DNA of 57,983 bases from a virus: IMG/VR virus record IMGVR_UViG_3300045988_075135. One strand, written 5' to 3'. Below the pieces are notes generated by a model. That model saw nothing but the letters and a program-made list of their open reading frames with translations, did not search any database and was not told where the DNA came from. Each line of letters begins with the position of its first letter. Position 1 is the first letter of the stretch. Below, piece by piece: positions 25,136 to 32,757 of this stretch. The translations under genes were made by a program, and so were the position numbers.

Positions 25136-26051
25136 AGACTGTGCCATTGCCGAGCGGCATAAACCTCGTGAAAACGGTGAAACCCCAAACGGATAGTACC
25201 GTGGGCAATACCGTGCGAAGCGTGAAATTGCACTTGACAATCCGGTATTTGCGCAGTAAAATAAAAATAGCAAATACGTGGAGGGCGTCGAGATGATTTG
25301 GAAAAAGATTAAGCAGAATGAGAATTATTCTATCAATGAGCTTGGCGAAGTTCGCAACGATTTGACCGGAGCACTGAAAAAGGCGTACACCAACGCGGCG
25401 AACGGCTATAATTACGTTGATTTGTGGGCAGGTAACAAGTCAACGAAGTGTGCCATTCACAGACTGCTGGCGGAAGCGTTTATTCCTAATCCGGATGGCA
25501 AGCCTACCGTCGATCATAAAGACGGCGATAGGCAAAACAATTCGTTGCAGAACTTGCGCTGGGCAACATATGCAGAGCAGAACAGCCGGTTTAATTCAAC
25601 CGGTGTAAGGAGCCAGAAAGTAAAAGTCACCCACTACGCGGAGAAACGGAAAAAGCGTGGCGGAGGGCATGAAGCATGGCTTGATGCTGACGGCATTATG
25701 TATTTTGATAGGATAACGGATGCTGCTGATTACTTTGGCCTGACAATCGGTTCCATCTCTCTCCTACTCAAGGACGGAAACATCGGGAGACGAGGCAAGA
25801 CCAGAGGGTACAGGTTTGAGTATCTTGACGGTAGCAGAGTGCAATTTCATGAACGTGTAACGACTACCGAAACGGCGGAGGAATCCGAAACGGAGTAGGG
25901 TACACCCAAGCGGGTGGAAGTGCGAGGCCCTGCGCAAGCAGGTGAAGAGATAGTCTGAACTGCATGGAAACATGTAGCTGGGCAAAGGAGCACCCTTCGG
26001 GGTGCTTTTTTATGCCCGGATGCAGCCTAGCGAACTGCATTGAACATTATG
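25136..26051 (+). mobile_element. Group I intron (916 nt) carrying an HNH homing endonuclease ORF
   Basis: The 5' exon ends in U and the intron ends in G. P1: exon gctcggt (25129-35) pairs with intron gccgagc (25149-55), including the U.G pair. P10: gccat (25143-47) pairs with exon 2 atggc (26053-57). S-like element aagagatagtc at 25945-55. Confidence 0.8.
25293..25898 (+). CDS. Intron-encoded HNH homing endonuclease (NUMOD4 + HNH_3 type, I-HmuI-like)
   Basis: NENYSINELGEVRN, AIHRLLAEAFIPNPDGKPTVDHKDGDRQNNSLQNLRWATYAEQN. Confidence 0.9.
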   Translation: MIWKKIKQNENYSINELGEVRNDLTGALKKAYTNAANGYNYVDLWAGNKSTKCAIHRLLAEAFIPNPDGKPTVDHKDGDRQNNSLQNLRWATYAEQNSRFNSTGVRSQKVKVTHYAEKRKKRGGGHEAWLDADGIMYFDRITDAADYFGLTIGSISLLLKDGNIGRRGKTRGYRFEYLDGSRVQFHERVTTTETAEESETE

Positions 26052-29000
26052 TATGGCGGCACGCAGGAAGAAATGAAACGCCTGCTAAAGGACGCTGGCA
26101 AGCTGGCGGGCAAGAAGTTTGACATTAAGAACTACTCCGACATAATCGAGGCCATTCACGTCATTCAGGACGAAATGGGCATTACCGGCACGACCGCTGA
26201 GGAAGCTGATAAGACCATTTCCGGTTCGTTCAATTCGATGAAGGCGGCGTGGAGCAACACGCTCGTCAGCCTTGTGGTCGGCGGTGATTCTTTCGACGAC
26301 TGCATTGACAACCTCGTGGATTCCGCGAAAACCTTTGCAAAAAACGTCATGCCCGCTATCGTCAAGGCGCTGGAGGGCATGGGCGATCTGATAGAGGCGC
26401 TGGCTCCGATTCTCGAAAAAGAGCTGCCCGGCATTATTGATTCGCTGCTTCCCCCGCTGATTAAGGCGGCGACGGCGCTTGTAAAGGGCCTTATTAAGGC
26501 ATTGCCCAGCATCATATCCGCGATAGTGGACGAGATACCGTTTATCCTGCGCGAGCTGTGGGACGGCATCAAGGACGCATTCGGCGAGATACCGGGCATG
26601 AAGAAGGTCGAAACCTTTTTCGGCAAGCTGAATAAGGTATTCACGAAAAACGCGGATAAGCTCAAGAAGATAATCCCCGTGGTTATCGGCCTTATTGGCG
26701 CATTCAAGCTGCTCAAGAAGCTGAAAGGTCTGGGCAGTCTGCTGGGCGGTGTGCTCGGCAAGGGCACCGGCGGCAGCAGCGGCGGGCTGCTCGGCACGTT
26801 TACCAAGCTCGGCAAAACGAAAATGAGCGTCATACTCAAGGGTATGGCGAACCTTGCCATAATACTGGGCGGCCTTACGATACTGGCGGCGGCGCTGATG
26901 TATGTCGCGCCATATATGGCTAGGCTAACGGACGTCAAGTCGCTGGTTAAGGTGCTGGCGGTTATCACCGCGCTGGGGCTGATAGGCTCCGGGCTGGCGA
27001 AATTGGCCGGCATCGTGGGCAAGATACCCGTTGCGACGGTAGCAAAGGGCCTTGCCAACATTGCAATCATCATGGTGGGGCTTGGAGCGCTGACGGCGGT
27101 GCTCATGTGGGTGGCGCCGTATATCGCGGAGCTGTCCGACCTGCGAACCGTGGCAAAGCTGCTGATCGTGATTGCGGCCGTGGGCGTCGTAGGCTCGGCG
27201 CTGGCGGGGCTGGCGGGGCTTGTAGGTGCGATACCGATTACGCTGGTGCTGGAGGGACTTGCCAACATCGCGCTGGCGCTGGGCGGCGTGACGGCCATTA
27301 TAGCCGCGTTCGGCGCGCTCTCGATGATAGACGGCTTTAACGAGTTCATTTCGTCGGGCGGTGAAACGCTCAAGACCATATTCAACATCATAGGCCAGTG
27401 CGCAGGTGCGGTCATAGGCGGCTTTGGCGAGGGCGTATCCGAATCCTTGCCCGCCATAGGCGAGAATCTGGCGGCCTTCGGCACGGCTATTCAGCCGCTA
27501 TTCACCTCATTCTCCGGCATTGATCTGACCGGGTTTAACGACTTTCTGGGTGCCTTCTCCCGGTTCGTGCTGGTCATGACGGGTGAAAAGGTATTGAGCT
27601 TTATTACCGGCGGCGTCAACTATGCCGATCTGGGCACACAGCTTACCGCCTTTGCCGACAATGCAGCGGGGTTCTTTACCACTGTGGCGGCAATACCCGA
27701 GGCGGCGTTCACCAATATCACGCTGCTGTTCAACGCACTGGCGGGCGTAAATGCGCTGCCTAAGGAAGGCGGATTGCTAAGTTGGTTTACCGGGGAATCG
27801 ACCACAGGTATGGCCAACATAGCGGCCAACCTGCCGACACTGGCAACCAGCATATCCTCGTTCATGACCAACCTGGGCGACATAACCGACTTTACGCCGC
27901 TGTCATCCTTGTTCACCGTGCTGAGCGGCGTGAGCGCATTGCCCCAAGAGGGCGGGCTATTTAGCTGGTTCACGGGCGAATCGACAACCGGCATGGCGAA
28001 TATCGCGGCCAATTTGCCGATGCTGGCAACGAGCGTCGCCACCTTCTTTGCAAACCTCGGGGGCATTGCGGACTTTACGCCTATCTCTAGCCTGTTTAAT
28101 ACGCTGGGCAGTGTGAGCGCGTTGCCAAAAGAAGGCGGGCTTATGTCGTGGTTTGCGGGCGATTCCACCGAGGGCCTTGCAAACGTGGCCGCACAGCTTC
28201 CGGGGCTTGCTACAAGCGTGGGCGCGTTCTTTGCCAATCTGGGCGGTGTAACCGACTTTACGCCTATATCGTCGCTGTTCACGGCGCTGGGCGGCATAAC
28301 GGCAATGCCTAAAGAGGGCGGCATAAGCTCGTGGTTCGGCGGCGATTCTTCGACCGGCCTTTCCAACGTGGCAAGCCAGCTCCCCGGTGTAGCGTCCAGC
28401 ATTTCGACGTTCTTTGCCAACTTGGGCGGCATAACGGATTTCACGCCAATTGCAGACCTGTTTAATACACTCAGCTCGATAAAGGTTGATTCGACCGCAG
28501 CGGATAAACAGGGATGGCTCGCGTGGGCCGGAGCGGGCACCAGCCAACTTGAGGACCTTGGCACTGCACTTTCTGCCTTCGCAACCAATGCGGCAACGTT
28601 CTTCGATACGGTGAACGGCCTGAACACCGAAAACCTTGACAGCTTCTTTACGACCGTGGGCAAGGCGGGCGATCTGCCGGACGCGCTGTCGGGCATTGAC
28701 AGCGAGCTGGGCACGCAGATGTCCAATATGGTTACGACCATCGAGACCGGCTTTACCAACGTTAAGACGGCGCTTACATCGGCTGTCAGCAGCATGGTGC
28801 AGACCTGCAACGACAAGTACAACGCCTTCCAGACGGCAGGTGCATATATGATGTCGGGCCTCAAGGCAGGCATGGAGAGCAAGCTGTCCTCGCTGGTAAC
28901 TACTGCACAGGCAATGGCGAGCAAGATACAAAAGGCGTTTGACGTCAAGATGCAAATCAACTCGCCGTCGAAGGTCATGTTTGAGAAAGGCTCCTATGTT

Positions 29001-29294
29001 GGACAGGGCCTTGTAAAGGGCATGGAAAGCACTACACCGTCCATACAGATGGCGGCCAAGCACATGGGCAGCGCGTCGATGCCGTTTGACACGTATAGCC
29101 CGGATGCGGGCAACGTGTACAACAGTTCGAGCAGCAGCGAGCAAACCAGCGTTGCGCCCGTGTTCAACCTGACGATAAGCGGCAGCACCGACGACCGCTC
29201 GCTCGCCCGAAGGGTTAAGCAGTGGGTAAGCGAATCGATAAACGAAACGTTTGAAAGCATGGAGCGGCGAAACCGCCTCGTGCGTGAAACGTAA
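26052..29294 (+). CDS. Tape measure protein, exon 2 (1080 aa)
   Basis: Begins YGGTQEEMKRLLKDAGKLAGKKFDIKNYSDIIEAIHVIQDEMGITGTTAEEA, in frame with exon 1. Long TM-rich and repeat regions follow. Confidence 0.9.
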   Translation, partial: YGGTQEEMKRLLKDAGKLAGKKFDIKNYSDIIEAIHVIQDEMGITGTTAEEADKTISGSFNSMKAAWSNTLVSLVVGGDSFDDCIDNLVDSAKTFAKNVMPAIVKALEGMGDLIEALAPILEKELPGIIDSLLPPLIKAATALVKGLIKALPSIISAIVDEIPFILRELWDGIKDAFGEIPGMKKVETFFGKLNKVFTKNADKLKKIIPVVIGLIGAFKLLKKLKGLGSLLGGVLGKGTGGSSGGLLGTFTKLGKTKMSVILKGMANLAIILGGLTILAAALMYVAPYMARLTDVKSLVKVLAVITALGLIGSGLAKLAGIVGKIPVATVAKGLANIAIIMVGLGALTAVLMWVAPYIAELSDLRTVAKLLIVIAAVGVVGSALAGLAGLVGAIPITLVLEGLANIALALGGVTAIIAAFGALSMIDGFNEFISSGGETLKTIFNIIGQCAGAVIGGFGEGVSESLPAIGENLAAFGTAIQPLFTSFSGIDLTGFNDFLGAFSRFVLVMTGEKVLSFITGGVNYADLGTQLTAFADNAAGFFTTVAAIPEAAFTNITLLFNALAGVNALPKEGGLLSWFTGESTTGMANIAANLPTLATSISSFMTNLGDITDFTPLSSLFTVLSGVSALPQEGGLFSWFTGESTTGMANIAANLPMLATSVATFFANLGGIADFTPISSLFNTLGSVSALPKEGGLMSWFAGDSTEGLANVAAQLPGLATSVGAFFANLGGVTDFTPISSLFTALGGITAMPKEGGISSWFGGDSSTGLSNVASQLPGVASSISTFFANLGGITDFTPIADLFNTLSSIKVDSTAADKQGWLAWAGAGTSQLEDLGTALSAFATNAATFFDTVNGLNTENLDSFFTTVGKAGDLPDALSGIDSELGTQMSNMVTTIETGFTNVKTALTSAVSSMVQTCNDKYNAFQTAGAYMMSGLKAGMESKLSSLVTTAQAMASKIQKAFDVKMQINSPSKVMFEKGSYVGQGLVKGMESTTPSIQMAAKHMGSASMPFDTYSPDAGNVYNSSSSSEQTSVAPVFNLTISGSTDDRSLARRVKQWVSESINETFESMERRNRLVRET
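27753..28484 (+). repeat. Four tandem 183-bp (61-aa) repeats inside the tape measure gene
   Basis: Units start at 27753, 27936, 28119 and 28302: A(L/M)P(K/Q)EGG..SWF.G(E/D)S..G..N.A..LP...(T/S)S...F..NLG...DFTP...LF..L. Confidence 0.9.
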
Positions 29295-29304
29295 AAAGGG
29301 AGGG

Positions 29305-29499
29305 CTATTCGCCCTCCTTGTCGCGTTCTATGGCTTCGGTGATGGCTCTGTTGATGAATCCATTCACGCTCTCGCCTTTCGCTTCTGCGTGTGCCTGAAT
29401 CAAATCTTTCTTTCCCTTAGGCATTGTAAGATTGATTCTGTCGTAATTTGCGGCCATGTATTTGTTGACCGCCTTTTGCTGGGCTTTACTTGTTGCCAT
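29305..29499 (-). CDS. Ribbon-helix-helix repressor, paralog 2
   Basis: ATG 29499 follows AAAGGAGGTG. MATSKAQQKAVNKYMAANYDRINLTMPKGKKDLIQAHAEAKGESVNGFINRAITEAIERDKEGE. The track's 210-aa ORF is an upstream over-extension. Confidence 0.8.
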   Translation of the reverse strand: MATSKAQQKAVNKYMAANYDRINLTMPKGKKDLIQAHAEAKGESVNGFINRAITEAIERDKEGE

Positions 29500-29535
29500 C
29501 AAAGCACCTCCTTTATGCAATATTATAGCGCATTT

Positions 29536-29620
29536 ATATATCTGTGCATATAGACGTATTACACATATTTGCGCAGATATATTCTGTGAATCCGTCAATA
29601 GATATATTTGCGCAGATATA
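29536..29620. promoter_or_regulatory. Divergent control region with three copies of the near-dyad ATATTTGCGCAGATATA
   Basis: 29565-29581 and 29604-29620 are identical. An inverted degenerate copy (atatatctgtgcatata) lies at 29536-29552. TACAAT at 29622-29627. Confidence 0.6.
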
Positions 29621-29659
29621 CTACAATATAGCCACGAACCAATGGAAAGGGGTACGGCT

Positions 29660-29791
29660 ATGAAGGAAGTTAAAACGGAACTGGTACGGTATATCGACAA
29701 GATGGACGAGTGTACGCTTCGGCTGATGCTGGGATTTATAAAGGCGCTTTGCGCAGACGATAAAGCGGAGGTCAAAGATGAGGCTTGTTGA
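29660..29791 (+). CDS. Leader-like 43-aa ORF, family member 2
   Basis: MKEVKTELVRYIDKMDECTLRLMLGFIKALCADDKAEVKDEAC. Overlaps the next ATG by 14 nt. Confidence 0.5.
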   Translation: MKEVKTELVRYIDKMDECTLRLMLGFIKALCADDKAEVKDEAC

Positions 29792-30395
29792 TTTGACCGG
29801 GCAAAGGTTCGGAAGGCTGACGGTGCTTCGCCGGTATGAGAAAAACAACGGTCAGGGGAAACCGCTATGGCTTTGCAAATGCGATTGCGGGCACGAAACG
29901 GTTGCCGCTGGATATTCGCTGAAAAGTGGGAATACAACGTCCTGCGGCTGTTACAAAACCGAACATCCGAACCGTACTAAACATTCTGGCTGTGGAACAA
30001 GGCTATACCGAATTTACAAGAACATCAAGCAGCGTTGTTACAACACAAAATCGCCAATTTACAAGTATTACGGCGCGCGTGGCATCGTGATGTGTGATGA
30101 ATGGGAGAACAGTTTCGAGGCTTTCCGTGATTGGGCGTATTCAAACGGTTACAGGGATACTGATAAACGTTCCGAATACACTATTGACCGCATCGACGTG
30201 AACGGGAATTATTGCCCCGACAACTGCCGATGGGCGTCTCAGAAAGTCCAAACGCGCAATACGCAGCGCACAAGATATGCAACATGCGACGGAGTTACTA
30301 AATCAATCGGTGAATGGGCTGAAGAATGGGGTGTACCGTACAACACAGTATATTTCAAAGCACGGCGGAACAATTGGACTTTAAGCGCACCGTAA
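29778..30395 (+). CDS. HNH-like (His-less) putative homing endonuclease / DNA-binding protein, paralog 2
   Basis: MRLVDLTGQRFGRLTV, WLCKCDCGHE...SCGC, YGARGIVMCDEW, TIDRIDVNGNYCPDNCRWASQKVQTRN. Confidence 0.7.
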   Translation: MRLVDLTGQRFGRLTVLRRYEKNNGQGKPLWLCKCDCGHETVAAGYSLKSGNTTSCGCYKTEHPNRTKHSGCGTRLYRIYKNIKQRCYNTKSPIYKYYGARGIVMCDEWENSFEAFRDWAYSNGYRDTDKRSEYTIDRIDVNGNYCPDNCRWASQKVQTRNTQRTRYATCDGVTKSIGEWAEEWGVPYNTVYFKARRNNWTLSAP

Positions 30396-30408
30396 CGGTG
30401 CGCTTTTT
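30384..30408 (+). terminator. Intrinsic terminator with the stop codon in the loop
   Basis: agcgcaccg-taa-cggtgcgct followed by tttt. TAA at 30393-30395 forms the loop. Confidence 0.7.
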
Positions 30409-30410
30409 AC

Positions 30411-31280
30411 GTGGAGGTGGGTCAAATCGCATTAATCAATAATATGTATATCCATGTTACGGATGAATCAGCTTCGCGGGAGGTGGACGCCACCTCCCAC
30501 CCCGTTGAAAGCGGCATACCCATTACAGATACGGTCAAGCCTAAAGCCCTCACAATCTCGCTGTCGGGCAAAATAGTGGACTACGGCGGCACCAAGGCGC
30601 AGCAGGTCATTGACAAGATAAAAAGCTGGCAGGACAGCGGCTCGCTTATAACGTACCGGGGGCGGAACAATGCCAGCAATATGCAGGTTCGCAGCTTCAA
30701 CACCGACCATCCGAACACCAACAGCGGCGGCGCGGACTTCTCGCTGGAGCTGGAGCAGGTGCGCATCGCCAAGAGTGCATACGCGCCGAAAAAGGCCTCC
30801 AGTGGCAGCACGTTCAGCGCGGCAAGCATAAAGGTAGGCTCGAAGGTTATCTTCAAGGGCGGACCGGTATACGTTGCGTCCGACGCTAAAAAGGCGGCGG
30901 CCACGCGCGGCCGGAGCACCTGCAAGGTAACTATCATCAATACCCGGAGCTGGGGCGTGCATGACTACCACCTCATATCAACCGACGGCGGCAGGGTGTA
31001 CGGCTGGGTTGATTTCAAAAACATCGAGGGCTGCGCGCAGACCGGCACAAGCGGCACGACCAACGCGGGCACGCAGCAAGTGAGCAGCGGTTCCGGCTCG
31101 GCGGTGTATCACACCGTCAAGAAGGGTGATACAGTCTGGGCGCTTGTGAACAAAAAATACAAATACCTGGGCAAATCCGAAAGCTGGGTTATCAATAATA
31201 ACCCGAAAGCCTTCTCGCGCAAGGGAGACGCGCGAACGCTCCAGATAGGCAGAAAGCTGCTTATGGGCTATAAAAAGTAA
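30411..31280 (+). CDS. Tail protein with SH3-like and C-terminal LysM domains (XkdP-like)
   Basis: LysM: VYHTVKKGDTVWALVNKKYKYLGKSESWVINNNPKAFSRKGDARTLQIGRKLLM. The GTG start abuts the cassette terminator. No clear SD; the first in-frame ATG is at 30444. Confidence 0.7.
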   Translation: MEVGQIALINNMYIHVTDESASREVDATSHPVESGIPITDTVKPKALTISLSGKIVDYGGTKAQQVIDKIKSWQDSGSLITYRGRNNASNMQVRSFNTDHPNTNSGGADFSLELEQVRIAKSAYAPKKASSGSTFSAASIKVGSKVIFKGGPVYVASDAKKAAATRGRSTCKVTIINTRSWGVHDYHLISTDGGRVYGWVDFKNIEGCAQTGTSGTTNAGTQQVSSGSGSAVYHTVKKGDTVWALVNKKYKYLGKSESWVINNNPKAFSRKGDARTLQIGRKLLMGYKK

Positions 31281-31291
31281 GGAGGCAGCAA

Positions 31292-31615
31292 ATGGAGACA
31301 CCTGACACGCTTGAAATAAATAAAGAGCTGCTCCCCTACACCTGCGACATGCTGCTGGCCGGGGAGCTGTTCACGCTGAAAGTAAATTACAACGCGACCG
31401 CCGACCTGTTCACGCTGGACCTGTACAAGGACGGCGCGCTGATCTGCGCCGGGGAACCTGTCATTTATGGTGTAAGGCTCTGGCAAGACGTTTACAACCC
31501 GGAGCTGTTCCCCGCCGTGGACATCATCCCGACAGACCCTTCCGGCGAAAGCGATACGGTAACGTTTGACAATCTGGGCAAAACCGTACTGCTGATTATC
31601 GATAATGGCGAATAA
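31292..31615 (+). CDS. Hypothetical tail-module protein
   Basis: 107-aa track ORF with AAGGAGG upstream. No family recognised. Confidence 0.55.
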   Translation: METPDTLEINKELLPYTCDMLLAGELFTLKVNYNATADLFTLDLYKDGALICAGEPVIYGVRLWQDVYNPELFPAVDIIPTDPSGESDTVTFDNLGKTVLLIIDNGE

Positions 31616-31625
31616 AAAGGAAGGG

Positions 31626-31814
31626 CTATTCGCCCTCCTTGTCGCGTTCTATGGCTTCGTTGATGGCACGCTTGATGAAGCCGCCAATGGTTTCACCTCT
31701 TGCGGCGGCATGTTCTTTGATGACTTCTTTCTGCCCTTTGGGAACTTGCAGACGGATGTCGTCATAGGCTTTCTTCGCATAGGCGTTGTTGATTTCCGAG
31801 CGGGTCTTTGCCAC
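31626..31814 (-). CDS. Ribbon-helix-helix repressor, paralog 3 (divergent beta-strand)
   Basis: GTG 31814 lies 5 nt after AAGGAGGTG. (M)AKTRSEINNAYAKKAYDDIRLQVPKGQKEVIKEHAAARGETIGGFIKRAINEAIERDKEGE. Confidence 0.75.
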   Translation of the reverse strand: MAKTRSEINNAYAKKAYDDIRLQVPKGQKEVIKEHAAARGETIGGFIKRAINEAIERDKEGE

Positions 31815-31860
31815 GGAATCACCTCCTTCATGCAATATTATAGCCGGTTCTCATGTAAAT

Positions 31861-31936
31861 GTACATGTACCAAGTAACCAACAATGTACATGTATCTTTG
31901 GCGGGTCCGTCAATAGATAAGTATATGTACATGTAC
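31861..31936. promoter_or_regulatory. Divergent control region with three copies of ATGTACATGTAC (palindrome GTACATGTAC)
   Basis: Copies at 31861-31870, 31886-31895 (GTACATGTAT) and 31927-31936. TATAAT at 31937-31942 directly abuts the third copy. Confidence 0.6.
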
Positions 31937-31974
31937 TATAATATAGCCATCAACTACCGCAAGGAGGCATGGCT

Positions 31975-32106
31975 ATGAAGGAAGTTAAAACGGAACTGGT
32001 ACGGTATATCGACAAGATGGACGAGTGTACGCTTCGGCTGATGCTGGGATTTGTAAAGACGCTCTGCGCAGACGATAAAGCGGAGGTCAAAGATGAGGCG
32101 TGTTGA
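31975..32106 (+). CDS. Leader-like 43-aa ORF, family member 3
   Basis: MKEVKTELVRYIDKMDECTLRLMLGFVKTLCADDKAEVKDEAC. Overlaps the next ATG by 14 nt. Confidence 0.5.
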   Translation: MKEVKTELVRYIDKMDECTLRLMLGFVKTLCADDKAEVKDEAC

Positions 32107-32722
32107 TTTGACCGGGCAGAGGTTCGGGCGGCTGACCGTTATCGAAAGAGCCGAAAGTCAAACTCGGAGCGACGGCTCAAAAATATCGCGCTGGCTGTGC
32201 AAATGCGATTGTGGAAATACCAAGATTGTACGACAGAGCAACCTCGTAAGCGGGCACATTAAGTCGTGTGGATGTCTTAGGATTGAAAAAACGATTGCCC
32301 GTAATCAGATCCATTGCGAATCCTACTCCCGCGTTTATACGATTTGGGAAAACATTAAACAGCGTTGCTTTGATTCCAAGTGCAAAAACTACGCTCGGTA
32401 TGGCGGCAGGGGCATAACGCTTTGCGATGAGTGGCGGTATAGTTTTGAGGCATTCCGCGACTGGGCAATGAAGAACGGGTACAACGACACAATGTCAATC
32501 GACCGCATAGACAATAACGGCAATTACGAACCAATAAATTGTCGCTGGGTATCGAATAAGGTTCAGGCGAACAATCGGCGGAGCAACCGCATGATAACAT
32601 ACTGTGGCAAAACACAAACGCTATCACAATGGGCCGATGAACTAGGCATTGACTACAAGCGATTATGGGCAAGATTATACAAATGCAACTGGCCGATAGA
32701 AAAGGCATTTAAGGCACCCTGA
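32093..32722 (+). CDS. HNH-like (His-less) putative homing endonuclease / DNA-binding protein, paralog 3
   Basis: MRRVDLTGQRFGRLTV, WLCKCDCGNT...SCGC, YGGRGITLCDEW, SIDRIDNNGNYEPINCRWVSNKVQANN. Confidence 0.7.
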   Translation: MRRVDLTGQRFGRLTVIERAESQTRSDGSKISRWLCKCDCGNTKIVRQSNLVSGHIKSCGCLRIEKTIARNQIHCESYSRVYTIWENIKQRCFDSKCKNYARYGGRGITLCDEWRYSFEAFRDWAMKNGYNDTMSIDRIDNNGNYEPINCRWVSNKVQANNRRSNRMITYCGKTQTLSQWADELGIDYKRLWARLYKCNWPIEKAFKAP

Positions 32723-32736
32723 CGGGCGCCTTTTTT
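32711..32736 (+). terminator. Intrinsic terminator with the stop codon in the loop
   Basis: aaggcaccc-tgac-gggcgcctt followed by tttt. TGA at 32720-32722 lies in the loop. Confidence 0.65.
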
Positions 32737-32757
32737 ATTTTGAAAGGGGGTGGTTTT

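Larger units (their letters stand above)
29295..30410. mobile_element. Cassette 2: RHH / operators / leader ORF / HNH-like protein, inserted between the tape measure and LysM tail genes
   Basis: Same architecture as cassettes 1 and 3. The left ~110 bp are near-identical to cassette 1, and the leader core is near-identical to both. Confidence 0.5.
31616..32740. mobile_element. Cassette 3: RHH / operators / leader ORF / HNH-like protein, inserted upstream of the XkdQ-like gene
   Basis: Same architecture. About 210 bp (31937-32146) differ from cassette 1 (20043-20252) at only ~5 positions by eye. Confidence 0.5.

Noticed and set aside
26165-29144. Very long antisense ORFs in the track (26165..27484, 27620..28978, 27957..29144 minus). 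Similar ones occur elsewhere (3147..4007, 6798..7877, 10941..11882, 48160..48906, 51850..52602 minus).
   Set aside because: They lie opposite genes with clear family signatures (tape measure, terL, collagen/Big_2, MuF, YqaJ, replisome organiser). Their products are low-complexity and Arg/Ala/Pro-rich, as is typical of stop-poor antisense frames in GC-rich DNA. They also lack SD sequences.
29305-29937. 210-aa minus-strand ORF covering the whole cassette 2 control region.
   Set aside because: Only the last 64 codons (29305-29499) match the RHH paralogs, and these have a strong SD plus ATG. The upstream part runs through the operators and the opposite-strand leader and HNH-like genes.
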